In this document: positions 1 to 8,695 of the stretch, piece after piece
How positions within the stretch are numbered: position 1 is the first letter of the stretch
How the letters are laid out: each line of letters opens with the position of its first letter
Assembly: GCA_963708785.1 (NCBI GenBank)
Contig: CAVPTJ010000010.1
Location: forward strand, 111,399-175,398
Length of the DNA: 64,000 nucleotides
Direction: 5' to 3'
Source: an uncultured Gammaproteobacteria bacterium
Lineage (GTDB): Bacteria; Pseudomonadota; Gammaproteobacteria; Xanthomonadales; Rhodanobacteraceae
Position numbers and translations under genes: made by a program
Notes under the pieces: model-generated
Seen by the model: only the letters and a program-made list of their open reading frames with translations
Databases searched by the model: none
Told to the model about the DNA's origin: nothing

Positions 1-570
1 GGTGGTAACCGCGGGCTGGGTTGCCAATGGATGGCGGGGATCCCACGACCGCGCTTGACGTTGCCAGCCGTCAGTCGACCAACCGCCCACGACCAGGAGC
101 CGGCCGTCCGTCACAACGGTCGCCGTGTGGCCCGCGGTCGGCACGAGCGCAGCAATGGCAGCCGGCTCGACGGAATCGCTTGCGGTATCAAACCATAAAC
201 CGGTCGCCTGGATTTTGCCGGTTGAGTCAATACCACCCCACACGAGTACGCGCCCATCCGGCAGCAGTGACGCACTGGCGTACAGCCGTCCCTCGCGAGC
301 TATTTGCGTCATATGCGCTTGTGTCGAGACCAGCCACACGCCGTCAGCCGTAACCTTCAGGTGCCGCCCGTCAGGCAGAAGGGCATCGGCGTCGCTTGGC
401 ACAGCGCGGGCCGAAGCCAGATGCAGGAGGTCCGTTAGCGATGACGGAGTCGGCGATGCGCCGATCTCGTCGGCCGAGGCCGAGCAACATCCCACAGCCC
501 AAACACCCCAAACGATCCGTCGAGCCAGCGTCATTGATCCCATAACCATCCTTTCCAACATCACATTCAT
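1..570 (-). CDS. N-terminus of a secreted kelch-repeat (beta-propeller) protein, probably a large RHS/YD protein; runs off the window
   Basis: Manual translation of the minus strand gives an open frame from ATG 570 (or ATG 543 after GGAAAGGA) to base 1. It has a signal-like segment RRIVWGVWAVGCCSASA and kelch-type blades ASASLLPDGRVLVWGG and GHTATVVTDGRLLVVGG. It starts 11 bp after the stop of the 582-3623 gene. Not in the ORF track. RHS identity is inference. Confidence 0.75.
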   Translation of the reverse strand, partial: MNVMLERMVMGSMTLARRIVWGVWAVGCCSASADEIGASPTPSSLTDLLHLASARAVPSDADALLPDGRHLKVTADGVWLVSTQAHMTQIAREGRLYASASLLPDGRVLVWGGIDSTGKIQATGLWFDTASDSVEPAAIAALVPTAGHTATVVTDGRLLVVGGWSTDGWQRQARSWDPRHPLATQPAVTT

Positions 571-581
571 GGAGGAAACGC

Positions 582-3500
582 TCAAGGAGAAGTCACTTGC
601 CCGGTCACTGATTCCGTCGAACTGCTCGGATTGACCGAATAGACAATGGAGTACACACCAGTGACAGGTAGATTTGCGAGCGACTGCGTGCACGAGGCCA
701 AACTGCACGTTCCTTGCACCCAGAGGTATCCCGGCTCATAAATGCTGTACGTGATGGAACCGCCCGCTGGACTCGTCGCGACATTGGTCATCTTCAAGGT
801 CATATTCTGTCCGGCGGTACCCGAGAACGATTGATAGGCGGCTTCGCCGCCTGGATAGTGCGTTGTTACCGTTGCCGCGGAACCGTTCACCGTCAGTGGC
901 GTGTACGGATTGGTAGTCAGCGTGAGCTGAGAAGTCGAGGTGTCGGCGTAGTCGGCATCGATCTCCACCGTGTACGTACCCGTCGTCGTCAGCTGCGGCA
1001 GGTTGAGGAACGTGGTCGACGCCGTGTAGGTCGTCATCGTGTAGTTGGTCGTTCCATCCGGGTTGTAGTCGGTGATGGTCACGTTGCCGCCGGCGGGCGT
1101 CGTGGCGACGTTTGCGAGCGATAAGCCAATGCTGTTACCTGATGTGCCGCTGTAGCTAAGTCTCGCTATTTGACCGGGTTTGGTCAGATTGGACGAAAAC
1201 GGGCTATCCATGGCTAGCGTTCCGGTCACATCGCTCGACAGGGTGGCTGTAAACGTAATCGTTTCCGCTGTGCTCCCGTACGGCCCGAAGACCATGGTGT
1301 AAGTTCCTGTCCACGGCAGACTCGTCAGCGGATAGTGCGTTCCTATCGTGTTGAAGTTGAGCGGACCCGCGTAGAGCGACCCATTTTCATATACCCAGAG
1401 CGACAGCGTGCCTGCCGACGGAGACGTCGATATGTTGCTCAGTCCCAAACTAAGATTTTGTCCAGCAGTTCCAGAAAACGTCATGTAGGTTTCTTCGCCG
1501 GCGTAGGTCGTGCTTTGACTGACCGATGAACCATCGACGGTGATCGAGTTGGTCGGCAACGGCACGAGGGTGACTGTGGCCGATGCCGTGTCCGCATAGT
1601 CAGGGTCGAGCTGCACCGTGTACGTGCCGGTCTGAGACAACTCGGACAAATTGAGGAACGTGCTTGACGTTGTGTGAGTGGTTTCGGTGTAGTTCGTCGT
1701 ACCGTCCGGGTTGTACACGGTAAGAGTGACGTTCCCGCCAGAGGGCGTTGTCGATACACCACTCAAATTCAAACCGAAATTCTGTCCGGTCGTGCCCGTG
1801 AAGGTAAGTCGCGCGATCTGTCCGGGCTTGGCAAGATTGACGGTTTTCGGTGAATTGGCCGTCAGTGTTCCCGTCACGTCGGTAGACAGCGTGGCTGTAA
1901 ATGCAATTGTTTCGGCACTACCTCCATACGGACCGAAGGCCATGGTGTACGTTCCGGTGAGCGGCAGATTGAACAACGGATAGTGCACGCCGGTCCCGCC
2001 GAAGTTGAGCGCTTCTGTGTAAGCCACTCCACTGGGCTCGTATATCGTCACCGTCTCGGCACCCCCAGATGGATTGGTCGTGACATTGCTCAGCCCCAAG
2101 CTGACATTCTGTCCGGCTGTTCCTGAGAACGTCATGTACGTGCTTTCACCAACCACCGTTGAACTCTGGCTTACCGATGAGCCATTGATGCTGATAGCGG
2201 TCACCGGGTTCGCGGCCAGCGCGATTTGCGTGGACAGTGCGGTGCCGGGGCTGGATCCGATGATGACGTTGCTCGTCCCGGTCTCGGTCAGGGGTGAGAG
2301 GTTGTAAAACTGCGGAAACGCGTAGCTCGGGTAGGGAATCATCGCTTCCCCGATCGGCCCGAGAAACTGGATCGCCGAGACGGTTCCACCTGAAGGGGTG
2401 GTTGATGGGGATGTGGCCGCAAAGTAGAGGTATTGCTTAGCCAAGCCAGTGAACAGGACGCGTTTCGTTTGATTTGCCGCGGCCGTCGAAACGGTCGTTG
2501 GCGAAGCCGTCGTAAGAACGACGTTTGTTTCCACATTGACGGCAAATTGCGCGGTACTACTCGGCGCATTCATCACGACGGTGTAGGTCCCGGACTGCGG
2601 TAGCGGGGGTAAGTGCAGGGTCAGCGGGTACGCAGTTGAACCGACGTCGCCGCTCGCGATCGCTACGCCTGCCGGATCGTAAACCGTCACGCCCACATAG
2701 TTGCCGCTCGGCGTCGTCGTGAATGAAGCAAATTGCAGGCTCAACCATTGATCGGTGGCACCCTGGAAAACCGCTGCGGCATATTTACCTGCGGTGCTGA
2801 TATTGAGCGTCTGAGCCGATCCGTTGACGGTGAGCGTGGTCGTGGCGACAACATTGCCGGCGCCCACCGAAGCCGGTACAACGATGAGCGGTGTGGCGCT
2901 TTGCGCTGAGCCATAGGGTGTCGCTACGGTGACCGGACCCGACCCCGATTGTGCCGGGACGGGGAAAGCGAGCTGCGTGTCGCTCGTCGGGGTCACCGTT
3001 GAAGTAAACACGTCCACACCGGCCTGTGTCGCACCGGCGGTGGTGACAAAGTGGGTACCCGTGACGGTAACGGACGAACCGGAATTGGCCAGGGTCGGCG
3101 TGAACGAAGTGACCGTGGGCGGCAAGCCGCCGTCATCGGTAGTCACTGTGAACGTGTCCGCACTGGTCACTGTCGATGTTCCGACCGTGACCGAGATCGG
3201 ACCCGTCGTTGCGCTCGACGGCACAGTCACGACCAATTGCGTCGTCGTCGCCGACGTCACTGTTGCTGCGATGCTCCCGTTGAACTTTACCGTGTTACTG
3301 GCAGGCGTCGCGCTGAATCCCTGCCCGTTGATCGTTACCCCTGTCAATCCGAGCGGACCTCGACTAGGCGTGAACGCAAATATCGCGAGTTGGCCAGCAG
3401 GAACGGATTGGACACTCAGTATGTTTCCGAGCTTGTCGTAGACGAATTGACTTGACGCGCCCGTAGTGCTGGTGACCGCGCGCACGCGACCGTTGCTGTC

Positions 3501-3623
3501 GTAAACATAAGTGGCTGCTTGGGCAACAACTGCGACGAGTACCAAGCTCAGGAGAAAAAGCCCGAGGATTCGGCGCGGCCACGGCGTTTTCTGAGAAACG
3601 CGCGCGCGGTGATTGAGTCCCAT
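582..3623 (-). CDS. Secreted protein: N-terminal YD repeats, two IPT/TIG domains, then repeated beta-sandwich domains
   Basis: Signal peptide ending AQA; TYVYDSNGRV...FVYDKLGNI (YD); FTPSRGP...VTINGQGF...LVVTVP...TGPISV (IPT/TIG, twice); about seven repeats with F.GTAGQ...LP.TGTY; Ser/Thr rich. Confidence 0.88.
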   Translation of the reverse strand: MGLNHRARVSQKTPWPRRILGLFLLSLVLVAVVAQAATYVYDSNGRVRAVTSTTGASSQFVYDKLGNILSVQSVPAGQLAIFAFTPSRGPLGLTGVTINGQGFSATPASNTVKFNGSIAATVTSATTTQLVVTVPSSATTGPISVTVGTSTVTSADTFTVTTDDGGLPPTVTSFTPTLANSGSSVTVTGTHFVTTAGATQAGVDVFTSTVTPTSDTQLAFPVPAQSGSGPVTVATPYGSAQSATPLIVVPASVGAGNVVATTTLTVNGSAQTLNISTAGKYAAAVFQGATDQWLSLQFASFTTTPSGNYVGVTVYDPAGVAIASGDVGSTAYPLTLHLPPLPQSGTYTVVMNAPSSTAQFAVNVETNVVLTTASPTTVSTAAANQTKRVLFTGLAKQYLYFAATSPSTTPSGGTVSAIQFLGPIGEAMIPYPSYAFPQFYNLSPLTETGTSNVIIGSSPGTALSTQIALAANPVTAISINGSSVSQSSTVVGESTYMTFSGTAGQNVSLGLSNVTTNPSGGAETVTIYEPSGVAYTEALNFGGTGVHYPLFNLPLTGTYTMAFGPYGGSAETIAFTATLSTDVTGTLTANSPKTVNLAKPGQIARLTFTGTTGQNFGLNLSGVSTTPSGGNVTLTVYNPDGTTNYTETTHTTSSTFLNLSELSQTGTYTVQLDPDYADTASATVTLVPLPTNSITVDGSSVSQSTTYAGEETYMTFSGTAGQNLSLGLSNISTSPSAGTLSLWVYENGSLYAGPLNFNTIGTHYPLTSLPWTGTYTMVFGPYGSTAETITFTATLSSDVTGTLAMDSPFSSNLTKPGQIARLSYSGTSGNSIGLSLANVATTPAGGNVTITDYNPDGTTNYTMTTYTASTTFLNLPQLTTTGTYTVEIDADYADTSTSQLTLTTNPYTPLTVNGSAATVTTHYPGGEAAYQSFSGTAGQNMTLKMTNVATSPAGGSITYSIYEPGYLWVQGTCSLASCTQSLANLPVTGVYSIVYSVNPSSSTESVTGQVTSP

Positions 3624-3881
3624 GGTTTGCTCCCCGGGCCGGTATCAGCCGGCATGCACGATTGATTGCCGATTACAAAAATGAATAGGCCGCAGCCACA
3701 GAGTGCCTCCGCCCGATTACAGTGTTGGGACACATGGGCAAAACGGCGCGGAAAAAGCGATCACGATTGTCAGCTCCCCTAAATCCCGACGCCGACAAGA
3801 CAGTCGGAACTTGTTCGGGATGAAGTTCAGCACACCCTACTTACCCGATGCAAGCTGACATGACTGTAGCGGCGCTAAGGA

Positions 3882-4286
3882 CTAACGCGACCGGGAAGTG
3901 ATGCCTACAAGCAGATTGCACAAGGCTTCGCGGGCCTTGAGCGGCAACCGGCGATAGCGGTCCAGCAAGAGCTCTTCATTGGCGTCGTGGGCGAACGTGC
4001 TCAGCACAACCGCCGGAGGGTCATCCGCAGGCGCCGGCGATCGGCGCGCGTTTCCGCCGATCCCCGTGGCGAGCCAATCAAAGGCCACACCCGTCGCCGC
4101 TGCAACTGCCTGCAATCGCTCCACGCCTGGGCGCGTGCCGAGGCGACTCTCCCATTGCGCGACGGCGCTCGGCGTGACGCCCACCGTTTTTGCCAGTACC
4201 GCCTGCGTGAGTTTTGCGGCCGCGCGTGCGAGACGAATCCTCTCACTCATCAATGGCACCGACTTAGCCTTACTTATTTTTTTCAT
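3882..4286 (-). CDS. XRE-family HTH transcriptional regulator
   Basis: RIRLARAAAKLTQAVLAKTVGVTPSAVAQWE...AAATGVAFDWLATG, typical Cro/C1 HTH. Confidence 0.9.
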   Translation of the reverse strand: MKKISKAKSVPLMSERIRLARAAAKLTQAVLAKTVGVTPSAVAQWESRLGTRPGVERLQAVAAATGVAFDWLATGIGGNARRSPAPADDPPAVVLSTFAHDANEELLLDRYRRLPLKAREALCNLLVGITSRSR

Positions 4287-4472
4287 TCAGCAGCACTAAA
4301 CATTAGCCATAGTGGAGGTGTCACGAATACTAGATGCCGGTCCTTGCGTCAACCTGCATCGCTTTGCGTGGCGTTGGTGTCATGCCTGCTTTCAAGTAAA
4401 GTTGCGCGATCGGCGGACCGAACTGCCCGTCAAGAACGAACGTTCTGGACCACGCCCATTGCTTTGACCGCT

Positions 4473-5513
4473 ATGAGGAATAAACGTCACTCGTCTTGGA
4501 TAGCGCCGGCGTTTGCTGGATGGTTGGTATTGGCTCTTTTGCGAAGCGCTTTCGCGAGTGGTCCCAATCCTTTGATCAGCTTGGGACAGCACCTGTTCCA
4601 AGACAAAACACTTAGCAGCGATGGCACCGTCAGCTGCCAGACCTGTCACGATCCTACGCATGCTTTCGCTGATTCGCGTGCACGCGCCATCGGCGCCAAC
4701 GGCAGGGTTGGAACACGCAACGCGCCGAGCCTGATCGGTATCGGCAACGATAGTGCCTTTTTCTGGGATGGACGCCGCGACCGGCTTGAAGATGCGGTGA
4801 TGGATCCGTTCACCAATTCTGTGGAGTTGGGGCTTTCCTCCGTCAACGTCGCGCTTCGACGCTTGGAGCACGATCCTGACATGATGACGAAGTTTCGTGC
4901 AGCCTATCCGACGGCGCCGACAGTTCCAACCGTCGAACAAGTACAAGCAGCGTTAGCATCGTTTGTTCGTTCTCTCTCATCCGAAATGAGTCCTTACGAT
5001 CAAGCTCAGTCGACACATCGCGCTATGTCGGCGCAAGCCGAACAGGGACACCAACTGTTTGACGGTGTCGCCGGTTGTGCAGAGTGCCATAGCGAAGACG
5101 GGCGCGATGGGTTCTCTGACGGACGCTATCATCACTCCGGGATCGAACAAATCGCGATCACCGCACGCTTGCCTGGCATCACACAAGCGATTGTCGACAA
5201 CAAATTCGAACCCACTACGATTGGGCCGAAGGTGCTCGCCGATGCTGATTGGTCGGCCATGGGACGCTTCGTCGTCACGCGAAAGCCAGAGGACATCGGG
5301 GCCTTTAGAACGCCGTCGTTACGTAACGTGGCCTTGACCGCGCCTTACATGCATGACGGCAGCATTACCACGCTCGCTGATGCCGTCGATCATGAGATTT
5401 ACTACCGTGGCGCCAGCCGCGGGCATCCCATCGCCCTTGCGCTTTCGGAGCGGCAGGCGCTTGTGGCATTTCTGAAATCGCTGTCGGATGCGCAATACAC
5501 GAAACAAAAATAG
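4473..5513 (+). CDS. Di-heme cytochrome c peroxidase / MauG-family protein
   Basis: Signal peptide after ATG 4473; LF.DK.LS.DGTVSCQTCH, RNAPSL, FFWDGR, CAECH, GAFRTPSLRNVALTAPYMHDGS. Confidence 0.92.
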   Translation: MRNKRHSSWIAPAFAGWLVLALLRSAFASGPNPLISLGQHLFQDKTLSSDGTVSCQTCHDPTHAFADSRARAIGANGRVGTRNAPSLIGIGNDSAFFWDGRRDRLEDAVMDPFTNSVELGLSSVNVALRRLEHDPDMMTKFRAAYPTAPTVPTVEQVQAALASFVRSLSSEMSPYDQAQSTHRAMSAQAEQGHQLFDGVAGCAECHSEDGRDGFSDGRYHHSGIEQIAITARLPGITQAIVDNKFEPTTIGPKVLADADWSAMGRFVVTRKPEDIGAFRTPSLRNVALTAPYMHDGSITTLADAVDHEIYYRGASRGHPIALALSERQALVAFLKSLSDAQYTKQK

Positions 5514-6131
5514 CTCGTGCTTCTGCTGACGTGTTCTAGTCTCGCTGTGTGCCGCCGTGAACCTCCACAGATTTAAGTTCTAGTCGCAACAATGCAGACC
5601 GCAACCGAGTTCGTTTCTTGAAGGACTCCATCAAATATCGGCATTGTCGACTGTGTCCCGACCGCGGCCCTAAGCTTGCGGTGTAATTCGAGTGCTTCGC
5701 GCGGACGCGAGATATCAGCGTCACCAGATGAATTTTCTGACCTTTTGATCAAGTTGACATCTGGCCTACCCCGTCTCGCACCCCGAAAAAATTGTTAGTG
5801 CTGTGAGACCACACGCAGAAGCCGAAAAGATTGCGTTCCTTCATGAACTCTATGAGTTACGGCTAATCCCGTCGTTGGACGCATCCCTTCATACACCCCT
5901 CGAAAAATTCAACCTTCTTTAACTGTAAAGCGGCCATTCAAATAGTGGCTTTGGTCCACCAAAAGGTGGTTGGCTCCATACGGCGGTCCAGCATCCCATC
6001 GCCGAAATGAAAGAGCGTCTACGTCCAATATAGGTATCCCTTCCGTGCAAATTGGGCAGTTCTGCCGATGCGGCCGCGCGTTTTAGTGCGGCACGATTCT
6101 CCACGCCCTTGGCGCCAAGCCAACACCGGAG

Positions 6132-6410
6132 ATGACCGTGCCTCGCTACCTGATTGAACGAGAATTTCCCGACGGCCTGAGCATCCCGCCCAACGATGTT
6201 GGCGCCAATCTTTGCCGTGCGGTCGTCGATAACAACGCGGAAGAAGGCGCCACCTGGGTCCATTCGTACGTGACGCCGGATCGCAAACGTACGTTCTGCA
6301 TTTACGACGGGCCGACACCAGAGGCGGTACGTCGAGCAGCCACCCGCAATAAGTTACCGATATCGCAGATCACCGAAGTTCGCGTACTCGATCCGTACTT
6401 CTACAAGTAG
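6132..6410 (+). CDS. DUF4242 (SCO4226-like) small protein
   Basis: PRYLIEREF...WVHSYV..D..RTFCIYDGPTPEAVRRAA...LP...ITEV.VLDPYFY. Confidence 0.88.
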   Translation: MTVPRYLIEREFPDGLSIPPNDVGANLCRAVVDNNAEEGATWVHSYVTPDRKRTFCIYDGPTPEAVRRAATRNKLPISQITEVRVLDPYFYK

Positions 6411-6481
6411 ACGGCGACTTGTAAGTCGGCAAAACGAACTTGTATCGAAGACCAACTACTTACTTTGACGGGGAGTGAATC

Positions 6482-7608
6482 ATGACAAGCACTTTGAGCG
6501 GCTTTTCCGCGCTCCTGAAGCATTTTAGGAAATTAGCGATCGTTGCGGCCGCGACCGTGATGCTCGTCGTCGCAGTCGTTGCGCGCGCGCAGAGTTCATC
6601 GTCGGACGAGCTGACCATACAGCTCACGCCCTCCGATCAACGTGCAGCGCTTGCTGCAAAAGTGGGCGCGCATCACGCGCTTCCTGCGAACAATGCGGCT
6701 GGTCAAGCGTTGCGTGCTCTACAAAGCGCAGAGCGAAGACCCATCAACAATGCCTCGGATGACAGGCGCCCGGGTGGGAAGATTCTTCAATACCCGGGCG
6801 ATTTAACCTTCTTTGGTGGGCACGTGGTGACGTCCGCAGTCTCACACGCGATATACCTGCAAAGGCAGCCGGGCGGCGACTGCGCAATCGCCACGTGCTG
6901 GGGTGATCCGGAAGGATTTCTGCGTGATCTCGGCCATAGTGAATTCATCCATGTCATCGATCAGTACGTCGGGATACGTGATGCGAACCGGTATACCGTT
7001 GGATTTCACGCCACCGTGAATTACCAATCTCAGGCGACACCGCTGCTTGACTCGGACATCGCGGCGTTTGTGCATGCGGTCGCGGCCCAAACCGGCGCCA
7101 CGGGTTACGGTCACATCTACCACGTATTCTTGCCGCCGGGACAGGATGAATGTTCCGACCCTCCCTTTTCGACGGAGTGCTATTCACCCGACAATCCGGC
7201 GACATTTGAATTCTGCGCGTTTCACATCAGCGCGGATTTCCCCGACATCGGCCACGTCCTATATACCGTCCATCCGTATGCGAACGTGCCGGGATGCCAG
7301 GTTCAACCCGGCACCCTTAATGGCGAACTCGTCGATTCGACCGACAGTACCCTAAATCACGAGACGTTCGAAACCATCACTGACCCAGATCCACAGGATG
7401 GCGATAGTGCCGGATGGAAAGAGTTCGGCTCTTCTTATTTAACTTTGCAGAAATCGCCGACGAATGCCAGTTGCGTGTGGTCGTTGCCGACCAGGGCTAT
7501 AACGAAGTACCGACATTTTTGATCGGCGCGCACCGATACGCGGTGCCATTGATGTATTCAAACGAACAGCACGCCTGCAGTTCAGCACCAACGAGGGGAA
7601 CGCCATGA
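6482..7608 (+). pseudogene. Secreted Phi-1/EXORDIUM-like protein, paralog 1; one frameshift near 7435 (error or decay)
   Basis: Signal peptide, FCAFH and HETFETITDP in the 6482 frame; AEIADEC...YSNEQHACSSAP continues in the 7414-7608 frame. Confidence 0.7.
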
Positions 7609-8671
7609 AAACGTCCCGTTCTTTTTTTGCACGCTCGCTATCGCCGCTGCAGTGACTATGTTCTTTGCACTCCCTGCGTGGGCACAGAGTTCGCTCTCTG
7701 GCGAGGTGACGATTCAAATGACGGCCGCCGATCACGAGCTGCCGCAATGGCCGCCCAGTTGCGCTACCGCCACGCGCGTCCCGCGAATAATGCGGCCGGC
7801 CAAGTGTTACGCGCTCTGCAGACCGCAGAGCACACATCGTCATTCAGCAGCACGAGCGACTGGGGCAAAGGCGGCGCGCTTCTTCAATACTTTGGCGATG
7901 TGACGTATGGGGGCGGAAGCGTCGTGAAGTCCGCGGTCTCCCATGCGATATACCTGCAGCCCCAGACCGGCAACCAATGCACGATCGCCGCCTGCTGGGG
8001 TGACCCGGAAGGATTTCTGCTCGACCTGGGGCACAGTGATTTCATCCACGATGTCGATCAATATGTCGGTCTGTACGGTGGAGACCGCTATACGGTTGGA
8101 TTCCATGCGATGGTGAACTATTCCCCGCCGGCGACGCCGCTGCTGGACACGGACATCCAGGCATTCGTGCATGCGGTAGCGGTAAAGAGCGGCGCTTCGG
8201 GACATGGCGACATTTACCACGTGTTCCTGCCACCGGGGCAGGACGAGTGCTTCGATTCGACTTTCGCGACCTGCTATTCACCCGACAATCCTGCGGCATT
8301 TTACTACTGCGGGTATCATTCCAGCGCGGATTTCCCCGAACATCGGCCACGTACTGTACACCTTGCAGCCGTATCAGGACGTAGCTGGTTGTCAGGATCA
8401 GCCCGGCACTCCCAACGGCACGCTGGTGGACTCGGTTGACGAAGACCTTGATCACGAAACGATCGAAACCATAACCGACCCGGACGGAGACGCGTGGACA
8501 AACACCAACTCCGCTGTCTTACGCGGCTCCGAAATCGCCGATGAATGCGATTTTTTTGACATTCAGAATTTTGAATATTTTGAAGTTCTGACGTTTCTGA
8601 TCGGAGCGCATCTGTACGCGGTGCAAACGGTTTATTCAAACGAACAACACGCCTGCAGTTCAGCGCCATAG
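7605..8671 (+). pseudogene. Secreted Phi-1/EXORDIUM-like protein, paralog 2; about three frameshifts
   Basis: ATGA overlap with paralog 1. Segments in the 7652, 7627 and 8204 frames align to paralog 1 (CWGDPEGFL.DLGHS, YHVFLPPGQDEC, HETIETITDP, EIADEC, YSNEQHACSSAP). Confidence 0.7.
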
Positions 8672-8695
8672 GAAAATGCCGAAATCGTGGCGCAG

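Noticed and set aside
21-634. Plus-strand ORFs 21-353 and 125-634
   Set aside because: Antisense shadows of the kelch gene; no motifs.
3733-3775. GGGCAAAAC...GAAA resembling a c-di-GMP-I riboswitch
   Set aside because: No convincing stem or GGGACGCAAAGC junction, and it is on the wrong strand for the adjacent gene.
3987-4472. Long N-terminal extension of the peroxidase ORF
   Set aside because: Overlaps the XRE gene antisense; the signal peptide begins at ATG 4473.
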